A stretch of DNA of 58,940 bases, counting the filler, from Sphacelaria rigidula (taxonomy: Eukaryota), in the NCBI GenBank assembly GCA_964200075.2. It is 4 parts of 4 records of this genome, joined end to end, with 100 filler letters (N's around TTAATTAATTAA, not from the genome) between each part and the next. Parts side by side here need not be neighbours in the genome. Positions count along the whole stretch, not along the records: positions 44,282 to 58,940 come from CAXNAA020002115.1; 3 more parts are not named here. The stretch is one strand, 5' to 3'. How positions within the stretch are numbered: the first letter of the stretch is position 1; every line of letters begins with the position of its first letter. Shown one piece after another: positions 48,849 to 58,940 of the stretch. A program made the position numbers and the translations under genes. Below the pieces are notes generated by a model that saw nothing but the letters and a program-made list of their open reading frames with translations, searched no databases and was not told the origin of the DNA.

Positions 48849-50230
48849 CTACACGCGCTTCTGCTCTCGCGTGCTGTTTCTTCGAGGTGATGGACTAGAA
48901 CCCCTTGCCGTCGGTGGCTGAATCGCAGTTCTTGGGGCGCCGTGTCGCCGTTGCTCGCCATCCGTGAGGATACGTTTCGGTACTGCAGCTGTTGAAGTCA
49001 ACGACGATGTCGCGATGGTACTTACTGAGCGTCGGGCGGCGCCAGCGACGCTACGACTATTATTTGCTGGTGTCTTCCGCACTACTGCTGTTGCTGCTCC
49101 TTTGCGCTCGGGTGATGCCGCGGCTGGTCGTTTCGTAGGGGCGACCACTTGTTGCCTTTCTCTGGCAGCACCTGTTTCATTAACTTTTGCTTTCTTCGCT
49201 GCTGCCATACCTGTACTTGTATTGACCGAAGGAGTGATGGTTCGCAATCGCCCGCCTGATGGTCGCTTGGCCCGAGAAATGTTCACGGGAGTTGTGGCTG
49301 ATTTCGCATGGGAGGTCGAGATCTTCAGCGTGGGTGATGCTGATTTTGATGCGGCCGGATTTGGTGCGGCCGTTCCCTCGCCGGGGTGTGGCTGTTTAGC
49401 AGGACTCGAGTTTTGCCTTGCTGCTGTCATTGGATTCGAACGGGAGGCAGTGGCGACCGTCATAGGGGTCGTTTGATCATGCTGACTGCCAGGCCCGTGC
49501 CCCGCCGCTGATTTATCTCCAAAATCTTGGGTCGTGGTGGCAGTTGCTGCGCGAGTGGGCCTGGAATTGGCTCCGCTGTCCAAAATCTTTCCACTACTTG
49601 CCTGCACAGTAGCAATCCTGGGTCGAGGGAGCTGTGTGGAGTCACCATTGATACCACTGTTGTTTTGCTGCCCTCCTGCGCCGTGGGCACCCTTTATCAT
49701 AGTCGACTTTATGTTTGGCTGGCCATTCGACTGTACGAGCCGTGCATCGCGGCCGCCCATGGCTCTACTTCTGGGCTGAGTTGTCGCTGTATTCGTAGTC
49801 GATGGTGATGTGGGTCCTCCCGGCGTTGTAGCTCTTGCTGACGAAACCGCATGACTCCTCGTAGTCTTCTTGCCGAAGGAACGACGGACTTTGGTATTAC
49901 CGCCCAGATTATCGAAGACCAGGAGCATACCCTCTCCTAAGGGCACTATATCTTGTTTGTTGGCGTCGCCTTTTTTTTTCGAACGTGGTGATGACGATGA
50001 GGGTGCAATTTTCTTCTTCAGTTTGCTCGACGTATGTCGGGAACTTGGCTGCAAGGGTTCAGATACGTTGGATGATACTTGGACTTCACTGCGTGGTATT
50101 GACGATGGTGGGCTGGAGTAGGAATCGACAAGCACGCTATTCCCTTCACTTGAGGGGAACCCCGTCTCGTTGCTGCCGACATTGCTACTCTTGCGCACTT
50201 GACCACTACCTTGATTGGCCTTGGGCGCAC
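48849..50230 (-). CDS. Probable terminal exon of a large unknown protein; basic S/T/A/R/K-rich disordered region
   Basis: 449-codon ORF on the same strand, just downstream of the giant exon; acceptor position uncertain. Confidence 0.6.
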
Positions 50231-50453
50231 CATGGAACGAATTCGTAGAATCATGGTGAGGTAGTGGTGGGCACGTCGATGGCGAAGGATGTGGACAATT
50301 TCATTCACGGCCAAGAGATGGGAAGGGAGAGGGAGGAAAGGGGGGGGCATAAGACGACAAATTATCCCGTCAATTAGTTTCAAGGTTTATTGGCAAAAAC
50401 TGAAGATGGTCTACCAAGAAACGTCAGTGGATCTAATTACGTGAGTTGGCTAC

Positions 50454-50557
50454 CCAGGTCGTCTATAGATATGGGGCGGGTGTGGGATCTTCAAGACGTC
50501 CCCGGATCCCGAGAACAAGTGCCTGCCCCAGCCCTTCGGAACACACTCCACCACCGC
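50454..50557 (-). CDS. Candidate small internal exon (AVVECVPKGWGRHLFSGSGDVLKIPHPPHIYRRP)
   Basis: CAG acceptor at 50560-50558 is in phase 0 with the GAG|GTTAGG donor of the giant exon; candidate donor GTAGCC. Confidence 0.45.
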
Positions 50558-50688
50558 CTGGTCGTATGGTGAAGTAAGAAGGGTTGGGCTTTTCCTCCCC
50601 CACCAGGGATGATAGGGCATCGCCCTTTGACGACAAACTTCTCACAAAATCCTACCGTCCACGCCCCACCACCTTTCGTTTACCTAAC

Positions 50689-53600
50689 CTCCATTCCTAC
50701 CTCACTGCTGACGAGGGTATCCAGATCCATGTCAGCGCCCTCTTCGCACGACTTGGAACCAGTGTCGTGCGTTACCTCTACGCCATCCTGCTCTCTGCGC
50801 TGCTGACCGGGCGCAGGTACACCTTCAACAGTCCCCGTGAACGACTCGCCCTTACTCTTGGTGTCGCCCCTATTATTGGTATTGTCGTTGGCTGGAGGCA
50901 TGTTCCGGGAGTCTCCATCGCCTTCCGCAGGTGATGACACCATGAACCCGCTCATTTTTGCATCACCACGATTTAAGAAGTCCGATCTTGTTGTCCCGCT
51001 AATTTCCATATCGTCAAACCCCTTGGCCTTGACCATCTCACCGCTAAGGGATACTAAGTCATCTTCTCTGGATCTTCTCGGACTGTCTATATCGCCGCCA
51101 CTCAGTCCGGCGTCGTTGTCGCTGTCTATACTGCATGGGGAAGACGGGCCAGAAGTGGAAGCGAAAATCATACTGACGCTGATCTCGCTGTCGCGGTTTC
51201 TTTCGGGAGAGTTGCTACCGTCGATGGAAGGTTTACTCCTGGTCTGGTTATGTTCTTCCATGGACTCAATAGGCGACGTGTGGCGGTCGCCGCTCCTGGT
51301 TTCCGTTGTCGTGAAGAATTTTTCCTTGACCGCCGGCGCGGCATCGTCAGCTGCTTGAGTCCGCCGCTGCTGATGATGGTGGCTCGTATGTTCAGCTCCC
51401 TGGCTTTCATCCATCGGTCGGACATCCGTTTTTTGTTGCGCGTCCTCTTCGTCAAAGACCGGGATCGGCGCAGCTGAATCCGACCTGAGAGAAAAAGGGG
51501 TGTCCCCAGCAGCAGCCCGCCTTATTGTACTATCCTCACACGTCAATGAGGGACGATTCCCTGCTGCTAACCGCAGAGACGAACCATTGTCATCTTGGTC
51601 ACCGTCACGCGTGACGACAGCTGTCGCCGGCGTTTTCTCGACAGCCTCCGCTCGTGCTGTATTTCGTGCCGTTGTTGTCGTCGTCGTCGCTATCGCTGTT
51701 GTTGTTGCTGCTACTGCTGCTGCTGCTGCTGCTGTTGAGCTGGCGACCGTATCACTCCACATGCCACGTTTAGTATTGTCTTCGCTTATTGTGGAGACTG
51801 CTACTATCGACATCGTCTTCTCTCCATCAACATTGTCGCCGGTTGCACGGAGGTCCATCGCAACAACACCAGCCGCATGAGTAGTCGTGGTTGGCCGTTG
51901 ATCGGTGTTGGCCGTCTCTATCTCCCACCGAACTCGTTTCGATCCACCAATGTTCTCGGTCGTCTCGACGGTGGTGAAACTGCTGCCCACAGCAGGACCC
52001 TGTTTGGACTCCAGGATAACCGGACTAGGGATTTCAGCATCGCCATCACGACCTCCACTGCCGGTAATTGCAGCCGGCTGTTGATCGATTTTGGCTGCCT
52101 CCATATTCCACCTCTCCTCGGTGGTGTTGTCAGCGGTGCAGCTAGTACCCTCGATAGCGCCCTGCATGTGCTTCGGGGTGACAGGAGTAGGGGTTGCAGC
52201 ATCATCGGCGCACCTTTCACGATACGTCGTCGAAATCGGCGGTTGATCGATTTTGGCCGTCTCTATCTCCCACCAACGCTGTTGCATTTCATCAAGGGTC
52301 TCTTCGCTCGCGTTGTCGGTGGTGAAACTGCTGCCCACAGCAGGACCCTGTTTGGACTCCAGGATAATGAGACTAGGGATTACAGCATCGCCATCACGAC
52401 CTTCACTGTTAGGGACTGCAGCCGGCCGTTGATCGATTTTGGCCGCCTCCATTTTCCACCAACGCTGTTGCGTTCCACTAACGCTCTCCTCGGTGGTGTT
52501 ATCGGCGGTGCAGCTAGCACTCTCAGTAGCGCCCTGCATGTGCTTCGGCTTGACAGGAGCAAGGGCTGCAGCACCGTCGTCGCACCCTCCACAATACCTA
52601 GTCGGCCGTTGGTCGATTTTGGCCGTCTCCACCTCCCACCAACCTTGTTTCAATCCACCAACGCTATCCTGGGTCCTGCTGTCGGTGGTGACTTGGCCGC
52701 TGTCAACCACACCCTGTGTGTGCTCCGGGATAATAAAACCAGAGGTTGCAGCATCGCCGTCGAGGTTTGTGTTTTTCGCCGCGGCGGGCGAGTCTTTTTC
52801 AATCGCCGTATTGGCTCCACCGTTTGCGGCGAAAATGTTCTCACATCCGTGGGTCCCCGTAGCAACATGTCCACTCTGTGGATATTGACCGAGTTCGACA
52901 TCCACCTCCCCTTCAGTATTCGGCGGTTGACCGGTTTCGGGTTCGATGTCCCTCGAATGATTTTTGCAAGCTTCAGCGATATCATAATCCTTTTGATCCC
53001 GTCCTTCTTCGGCTTTTGCTGCCATTGCCGTCTTTGCCGAAGGCTCGTAGACGAGATCGTGGCGCTGCCGTCCTTCTTGGTCTAAAGACGTAACCTCTCC
53101 TACTTTCCCAGTAGCATCGTCACATTTTGTCCCCCGCGAAACAGTAGAGTGTACGTCGTTCATCACCTGCCCACGTTTTTCTTCTGAAGCAGTATCGTCT
53201 ACGCCAATTGTCACCACGTTTTCACCTTCCCCTCTGCCACCTTGAATGCTGTCGTGTACAACAGAAGAGCGCATTGCTGGCCTGACCATATCATCTCCTT
53301 TCTTATCATCACCCGCAACAGCAGTAGGAAAAAGATCGCTGTTGTTCCTTTTTTCGTACGGGCGTCCAACATCATCTGTATCCTTGCAGGCTGTTGTTTT
53401 CACGCCCAGTGAGGTCGTTTGGTCCTGGTGTTGTACATGACCGACTCCCGCATGGAAAAACGAGACACGGGGTACTTCGGGGACCAAGCTCTCGCTGACT
53501 GAGTTATAACTTTTCTCAGTACCTCGGCCAGCCGTCGCACGCCCCCTCCCGAAACTGACATGATGGTCCGCTCCCTCTATAGAGCTCCCAATATCAGCAT

Positions 53601-54700
53601 ATCCCTCTGCCGCCAACACTTGTTCTGTGTTTTGGCACTCAGGACTTCCTATGACGGCAAGGTTCGCACCGCCGCTCAATTCCCCACTGGGCGATCGCAC
53701 CCTCGACCCGCTAGCGCCGAACTTCACAAGACAGGCAGGTCGGGACGAGTTCTTCTCATCAAGACTATGCGGAAGACGAAGTGGGTTATCCGTGCCGCTA
53801 CTGTTCCCCCGAGTATTATCATCCTCTTCCGCCCTCATGGTGACCCTTTCACACGCTTCTTCGCTGGTGAGATCGGACTCGTCACGTCCAACATTGCTCG
53901 ACTCACGCCCGACAATGAACGTGCTGTCGGCCACGGATGCGGGTATTGACGCAGGTATATGCTCGATGAGCATGGAACCACTGGGCGAAGAGGCCGTGAG
54001 TGGTCCCCTCATGGGGCAGGGGCCCACGGAAATTGTTGTTGCTGTATAAGCTGGAGTTGTGGGGTTTGGGCTTCCTGTGGGTGGTGTAGCCCCCCTTGTT
54101 CCTTCGTGTTGTACCGGAGACAACGAAATGTTGCCGGGGTGAAAATCTGGGACACTCTTCTTGCGGATGGATGTTTCAGCCCTGTTTGAAGAGTCGTCTT
54201 TTCCCGCGTAAGTACCCTTTTTCTTGGCACCAGACGTTCGGGGCACGACCTCGTGAGCGTTTCCTTTGTCGTCGAGCGTGTAGAATAACCTAGGCAGTTC
54301 CCGCGAGAAAGAGGTGCTGCGCTTCCGTGACCTTTGTGAGCCAGAGTCACCGCTGACTGCACGCACATTTCTTTCCGCCATACTGTCTTGTTTTTCAATC
54401 TTCACAGCACCTGTGTTACAGTGCTCTTGTTCATCATCACAATCGACGTCCTCCTCCTCCTCCCGGTCCTGCTCCTCTTTCTCATCCACTTCCACCTCCT
54501 GCTCCTCCTCCTGCTCCTCCTCTTCCTCCTCTCCCTCCTCCTCATCATCATCATCTTCACCGTCATCATCGTCATCCTCTGTACTGTTCTCGCCATCGTC
54601 ATCTTCATAACTCTCACTTCCACTGCCGCTGTCACTGATCTGCCCGAAGCCATAGTCGTCCCCATCCGAACCGCTTTCATCGGAGGAATAGCACCCACCT
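50689..54700 (-). CDS. ~4-kb exon of a large unknown protein: D/E-rich tract, long disordered region, internal ~60-aa repeats
   Basis: Uninterrupted 1344-codon ORF that begins without ATG (TTG) shortly after a stop, next to AG sites, and ends at a GT donor, so it is an internal exon. Confidence 0.8.
51890..52760 (-). repeat. Coding higher-order tandem repeat (~170-185-bp units, A-B-A-B)
   Basis: Five (W)W(E/K/N)(I/M/V)E(T/A)A(KI)DQ.P motifs, alternately followed by PKHMQGA..SCTADNTTEE and RDGDA.IPS..ILESKQGPAVGSSFTT. Confidence 0.9.
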
Positions 54701-55926
54701 ATGTCACTGTTCAAACGCTTCAGTGGTCAGGCGTCATCCAACGAAATAGCAGGGTGAAAACATCAGCATTCTTTTACACAATTTCCTGGGGATCGCAGCA
54801 AATGCTCACGATGTGCGACGGTGAAATCATCTACGGTATTGCTGGAAAATCCAACGCTTCCGGCAGCACGGGAACGAGGCAGCGTAACGGCATGTGGGAG
54901 GGTGAAACTAACAATTCCTGGCGGGGGAGAATGAAAACTTTCCATCATAATCTGAAGACGCTTAGGATATATTGTCCCCGCTTGCTAATTGTTTCCATTC
55001 CTCATCCCGAACAATTTTTTTCGTTCTCAAGCGGACAGGATGGTGCGATTACGCTTTCACATCAAGGGAAGAAGGCCGTGGGTTACTTGCAGCTGCGAGG
55101 ATGAACGGGGTTCCATCGTGGTGCGGTTTCATTCGCCGCGTATATTCAAGACCTACATAGTGTGCAAGGTTTTGTTTTCCGACGGAATGGTGCGGGAACT
55201 CACGCAAGTAGTATCCTTCTTTTTGAGGACCCCGCTATAGTGCGACCGGAGTCGCCCCCCATGACTTTGACCTATTCATAGTAGCGGCCCCGAGAAAAGG
55301 CATCCGCCCGGGTTGGTGCGGAGTGGCTTGGTGTGATTCATTTTTTATCTGGTGATTCTGCACTCAGGTGGGATCCGCGTTGCATAAGGAGCTCTCTGCT
55401 GCATCGAAGATCGTCTACAAGTTGTCTATTTTCACTGTGGATCTCCGTCCCTCGAGATCGAAACCGCATATACGCGGTGGAGAAACTGCTCCCTCATAAA
55501 ACGTACAGGTTGAGTTGCCCGAGGACCATAAAGCCGACATCATCTTATTTTCGAGTGGGCGCGAGTGCAGCCCGGGCACTTCCCTCCTGTGGTCCGGGAT
55601 CGTCTTATTTCCAGTGACGGAAAATACAAGTTTCTCTACAGGAAAATACATGGTGACTCTCCTCAAGTCTTGTACAAGCTGATGTACCGATACCCATCCC
55701 GTCGCAAAACGTCACCCTTACAAGCCCCACCCAGTATATCAAACACGTTGAAGTCGATTTATCGTCCAAAGTGACAGCATAACAAGCAAGCAGGGTAAAG
55801 AACGGATTCTAGATCCCACGAAAGAATCCGTTCAAAACAGTGGTAGGGAATGTCCGGAATAATAGTCGAGCGCTCTAACCGAAACTCTGGTGCGGTCGAG
55901 AGGCCCATCCTATTGAACACACTCAC

Positions 55927-56109
55927 CATAGCACAGGTGAGGCCGGTAAGGCGTAAAGGCGTGAAGAAGTTTGGCTGCGAACAGAGCGTGTCAAACTTGT
56001 CAAACACTTGCCGCAGGCTCGCTCGTGCGACGTCTTTCTTGTGCAGCCATTCATCTACAATTCGAGCGTAGGCGGTTCGCGCCCGTACTTCCATGAGGCA
56101 ATTCTCGGT
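55927..56109 (-). CDS. Internal exon (61 aa, helical), probably of the same large gene
   Basis: CAG acceptor, GTGAGT donor, 183 nt, phase 0-0; TENCLMEVRARTAYARIVDEWL...LTCAM. Confidence 0.65.
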
Positions 56110-56930
56110 CTGATGTAGGCCCGACATGTGCAAAAACAATACCACAGAGTGATCAAGAAGAGGGGGAAATAAGGGATGGGTGGGCGATGAAGCATCACGG
56201 GGACATATGATTTACGCCCATGTACGTTTCAGACGGCGCTCCTGCTTCAATATAGGTAATCGACGATAAATACGACCGCAAATCGTGACAGCCAATCCTT
56301 CCGATTCGATCGGCAGTTCCAATTGAGTGAGACGGCTAACTGGACGCTGTTCTATATATCGTTCCCCCTCGTAGAAGACGTTCCTCTACATTGACGAGGA
56401 TGTTTGCGCACGCGGGTACCCTGTGACGCCTCGTCCACCGTGTCTATCGCGCAAAGAAGGCGCGACATGATGCCCTGACGCGATTTTCGTGCTCTGTATT
56501 TGAACTACACAATGCGTGATATTTCCTCTCTAGCCCCGCGCAACAGCGGGCATACGATTGCGCCTTGTTGACTTACCCGGACTCCGACCTAGTGGCGCTA
56601 CGACAGTATTAGCGGGCGATACACAAGAACTGGGAGGCTACAAACCGCTCAAGATGACTGTTGGAGTTTGCTCCGACCTAATGACGCCTTGTTGACTTAC
56701 CCGGACTCCGACCTACCTTCGAGAGCTCACCGGAGTACCTCGCGAACGAACCTGAAACGTCACTGTCTTCACACCAGCGGTTCTGCTGACCGCGAACCAC
56801 GTATAGTAGGCAAGACCTTCAGGCGATCTGTCAGCGGTCAGCAGTCACTTGGTTGTCGAGTAGTCGACAATTTTGGGATAGCGCGATGTTCGCACCCCGT
56901 TGAGTTTTGACACGACCGTGCTGTCATTAC

Positions 56931-57065
56931 CTGAGCCGATCTATCTGCCGCTTCGAGGAACAACTTCGATGCCAGCTCATGTTTCTCCACCAAGCTTTGT
57001 CGGTCTTTCTCGCCTGGAGGCAGTTTTCCCTCCCGCATGGCCAACTCGTCCGCTATTTCTTCAAC
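56931..57065 (-). CDS. Internal exon (45 aa, helical), probably of the same large gene
   Basis: Pyrimidine tract plus AAG acceptor, GTAATG donor, 135 nt, phase 0-0; VEEIADELAMREG...FLEAADRSAQ joins in frame to the next exon. Confidence 0.65.
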
Positions 57066-57224
57066 CTTACGCAGTGGAGAGTGCACGAAAAATAGAAAGG
57101 GGATTTCTGAGCTCTCGTGTAGAAGGTCACGGCCGGTACTTTGCGGCGTGATCAAGCAACCCTAATCGAAAAAATTGCCGGAATCTCTAGCTGACTCGAT
57201 GCATCAACGCATGTGAACGGTTGG

Positions 57225-57390
57225 CTGGTTGATTGATTTTCACTGATTGTCGCACTTTAACTGACCCCCCAGGGGTCCAGCCGTGGCCTCATAATAGACG
57301 CACCCAAGAAAGTTGAAACTGAAACACGCTCTGAAGAAAAGAAGGAACAAAAAACAAAAGAGAGTCGAACAGAACGAGGTCGACAACTCA
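57225..57390 (-). repeat. Retroelement 3-prime end motif (intronic); another copy at ~57695-57960
   Basis: The reverse complement reads CCACGGCTGGACCCCTGGGGGGTCAGTTAAAGTGCGACAATC, nearly identical to 17651-17690. Confidence 0.75.
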
Positions 57391-58940
57391 GAGCGCGTGT
57401 GGTTTGCTTAAGTTTTTCAACAACCTTCTGCGGCACTCAGCGGAACCATGTACCCTGTATAACAGGGCCGTTGGCACCTGTAGTAAGAGTATGGCACCTG
57501 CAGCAAGGGTATTCGCAACTGTCATTCTTGTACATGTCAAGTGAATGGTTTTTCGAGTGGATCTAAATCTGTCACAGGAACGAGGCGCTTTACCACAGGC
57601 AAGCACACATCTACAATTGGACCACTTTCTCTGCAGAAGTGGTTACAAAATTGCTCTTGGTGCTCTTGGCGAGTCTGGTTTCATCATTCTGATGGATTGG
57701 ATTGAGGTAATTGTCGCACTACCTTAACTAATCCTCGAGGGGACCAAAACGTGGTCAAAGGATAGAGGTACCCAAGGCAAAACAAAACGGACATGATGCT
57801 GAGGTGGAAACACGAAAGTAACAGAACACGCACAAGCGGAGTAAACTGAGCAACACAAAACAAGCACAAGATAAAAACTGAGCAGGGAGAATATAGGAAA
57901 GGAAAGGAACGGGAAGGAGCTAGAGAGAGAACACAAAATAAAAAAAGCAAACAGCTAAATAGACCTGGAAATGGCCGGCACCTGGAGCATGAGTTTAGGC
58001 GAGAAAAGGCCGTGCGCAAACCAGCACACGCGCTCACACACAAAGCAGATCAGCAAGGCCGTGGGACCAGATTGTGGCTCAGCCGATTCGGATCGTATTT
58101 TTTGGGCAGGAGCTAATTTGTTTTCGATACACCTTACCATCCATACGCGTCATCCTTGTTCCAGGGGCCGTAGTACTGTCCTCAGTAACGACCCGATTTT
58201 TACGGATTTAGTTTTTTCTCGTAAGCCCCAACAAGTAGATTCAGTCCTGTTATTCCTCGTGTTCACCATTGAAACATGTCATACCCCGTGTATCACAATG
58301 TTGACCCCCTTTACTCCCTCTTCTCCCCTGATACAATTCATCACGGAGAGCAGAGACATTATGGAGTCGGTCGCGCCCAAGTGGTCATGAATAGCACGTC
58401 AAAGACTGTTTCGCACGGAGTTCAAGGGCTCGAACCCCGAAAGATTTACTTGAAGTGTCCGTTCCATCAAGCACCTGGCTTCCGTTGTGGACAGCATGAG
58501 GACACGAGCACCAGAAAACCTTTTTATGTAAGTTGTTGGGCTGCGACCGTGATCACGTTCCAATGTGCGACATACAAAAAAAACGGTAGGTAGGTACCGG
58601 GGGAAGCCATGGTTTGGCCCCTCGAGATCATTCACTTCTTGTCAGGAAGGAGGGGAGAAGTCTGTGTGTGTGGGGGGCGGGGGGAGGGGGTGTACGCATG
58701 ATCTTGCATGCCGTAGTCATATGGCCATTGACCTCGCATCCCTACCAGGCGGGACGGAGCTCTCCGGGTTTTCGCCGTACCAGGCTCGCAACCAGTCATC
58801 AAGCGGGAAGCGCCGTGACATGTTCTGCAACACCCTTCATGAAACTCCCCGAACACATCACGGGGGGGGGGGGGGGGCGACAAAAGTATTGAAAACACCA
58901 ATATAGACATCTTTATACAGCGTGGTTCCCCCCCTAAGTG

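Noticed and set aside
51877-55104. Long plus-strand ORFs (402 aa, 238 aa and others)
   Set aside because: They are antisense shadows of the low-complexity minus-strand exon.

Overview
This is eukaryotic, repeat-rich genomic DNA, most likely from a brown alga (Phaeophyceae). That assignment is inferred from recalled Ectocarpus-like SINE/LINE-tail/MITE families and intron-split genes, not from a search. The window is not one locus. It is four contigs of near-identical length (1-14661, 14762-29422, 29523-44181, 44282-58940; 14661/14661/14659/14659 bp) joined by an artificial N44-TTAATTAATTAA-N44 spacer, so neighbourhood across spacers is meaningless. Contig 1 is almost all transposon debris: a piggyBac-like MITE, a decayed RT+RNase H LINE and a Stowaway-like MITE. 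Contig 2 holds an ankyrin pseudogene, the last exon of a YqgE/AlgH (DUF179) gene, a decayed Helitron-like Rep/PIF1 helicase split by a foldback MITE, and the first exon of a thiol/halide methyltransferase (TPMT/HOL family) followed by nested TIR elements. Contig 3 holds a tRNA-derived SINE, a putative decayed Fanzor1/TnpB-like RuvC nuclease, a second foldback MITE, and an intronless F-box-like + 14x25-aa GCPW ankyrin-like repeat gene with one in-frame TAG. Contig 4 holds Gypsy integrase and LINE remnants and a large minus-strand multi-exon gene with a ~4-kb disordered exon carrying higher-order WWE-x-x-x-AKIDQ repeats. The best candidates for follow-up are the Fanzor-like fossil, the foldback MITE family with variable 4-bp target duplications, the methyl-halide-transferase-like exon and the GCPW repeat gene. 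No rRNA, intact tRNA or CRISPR array was seen. All family assignments are by eye.
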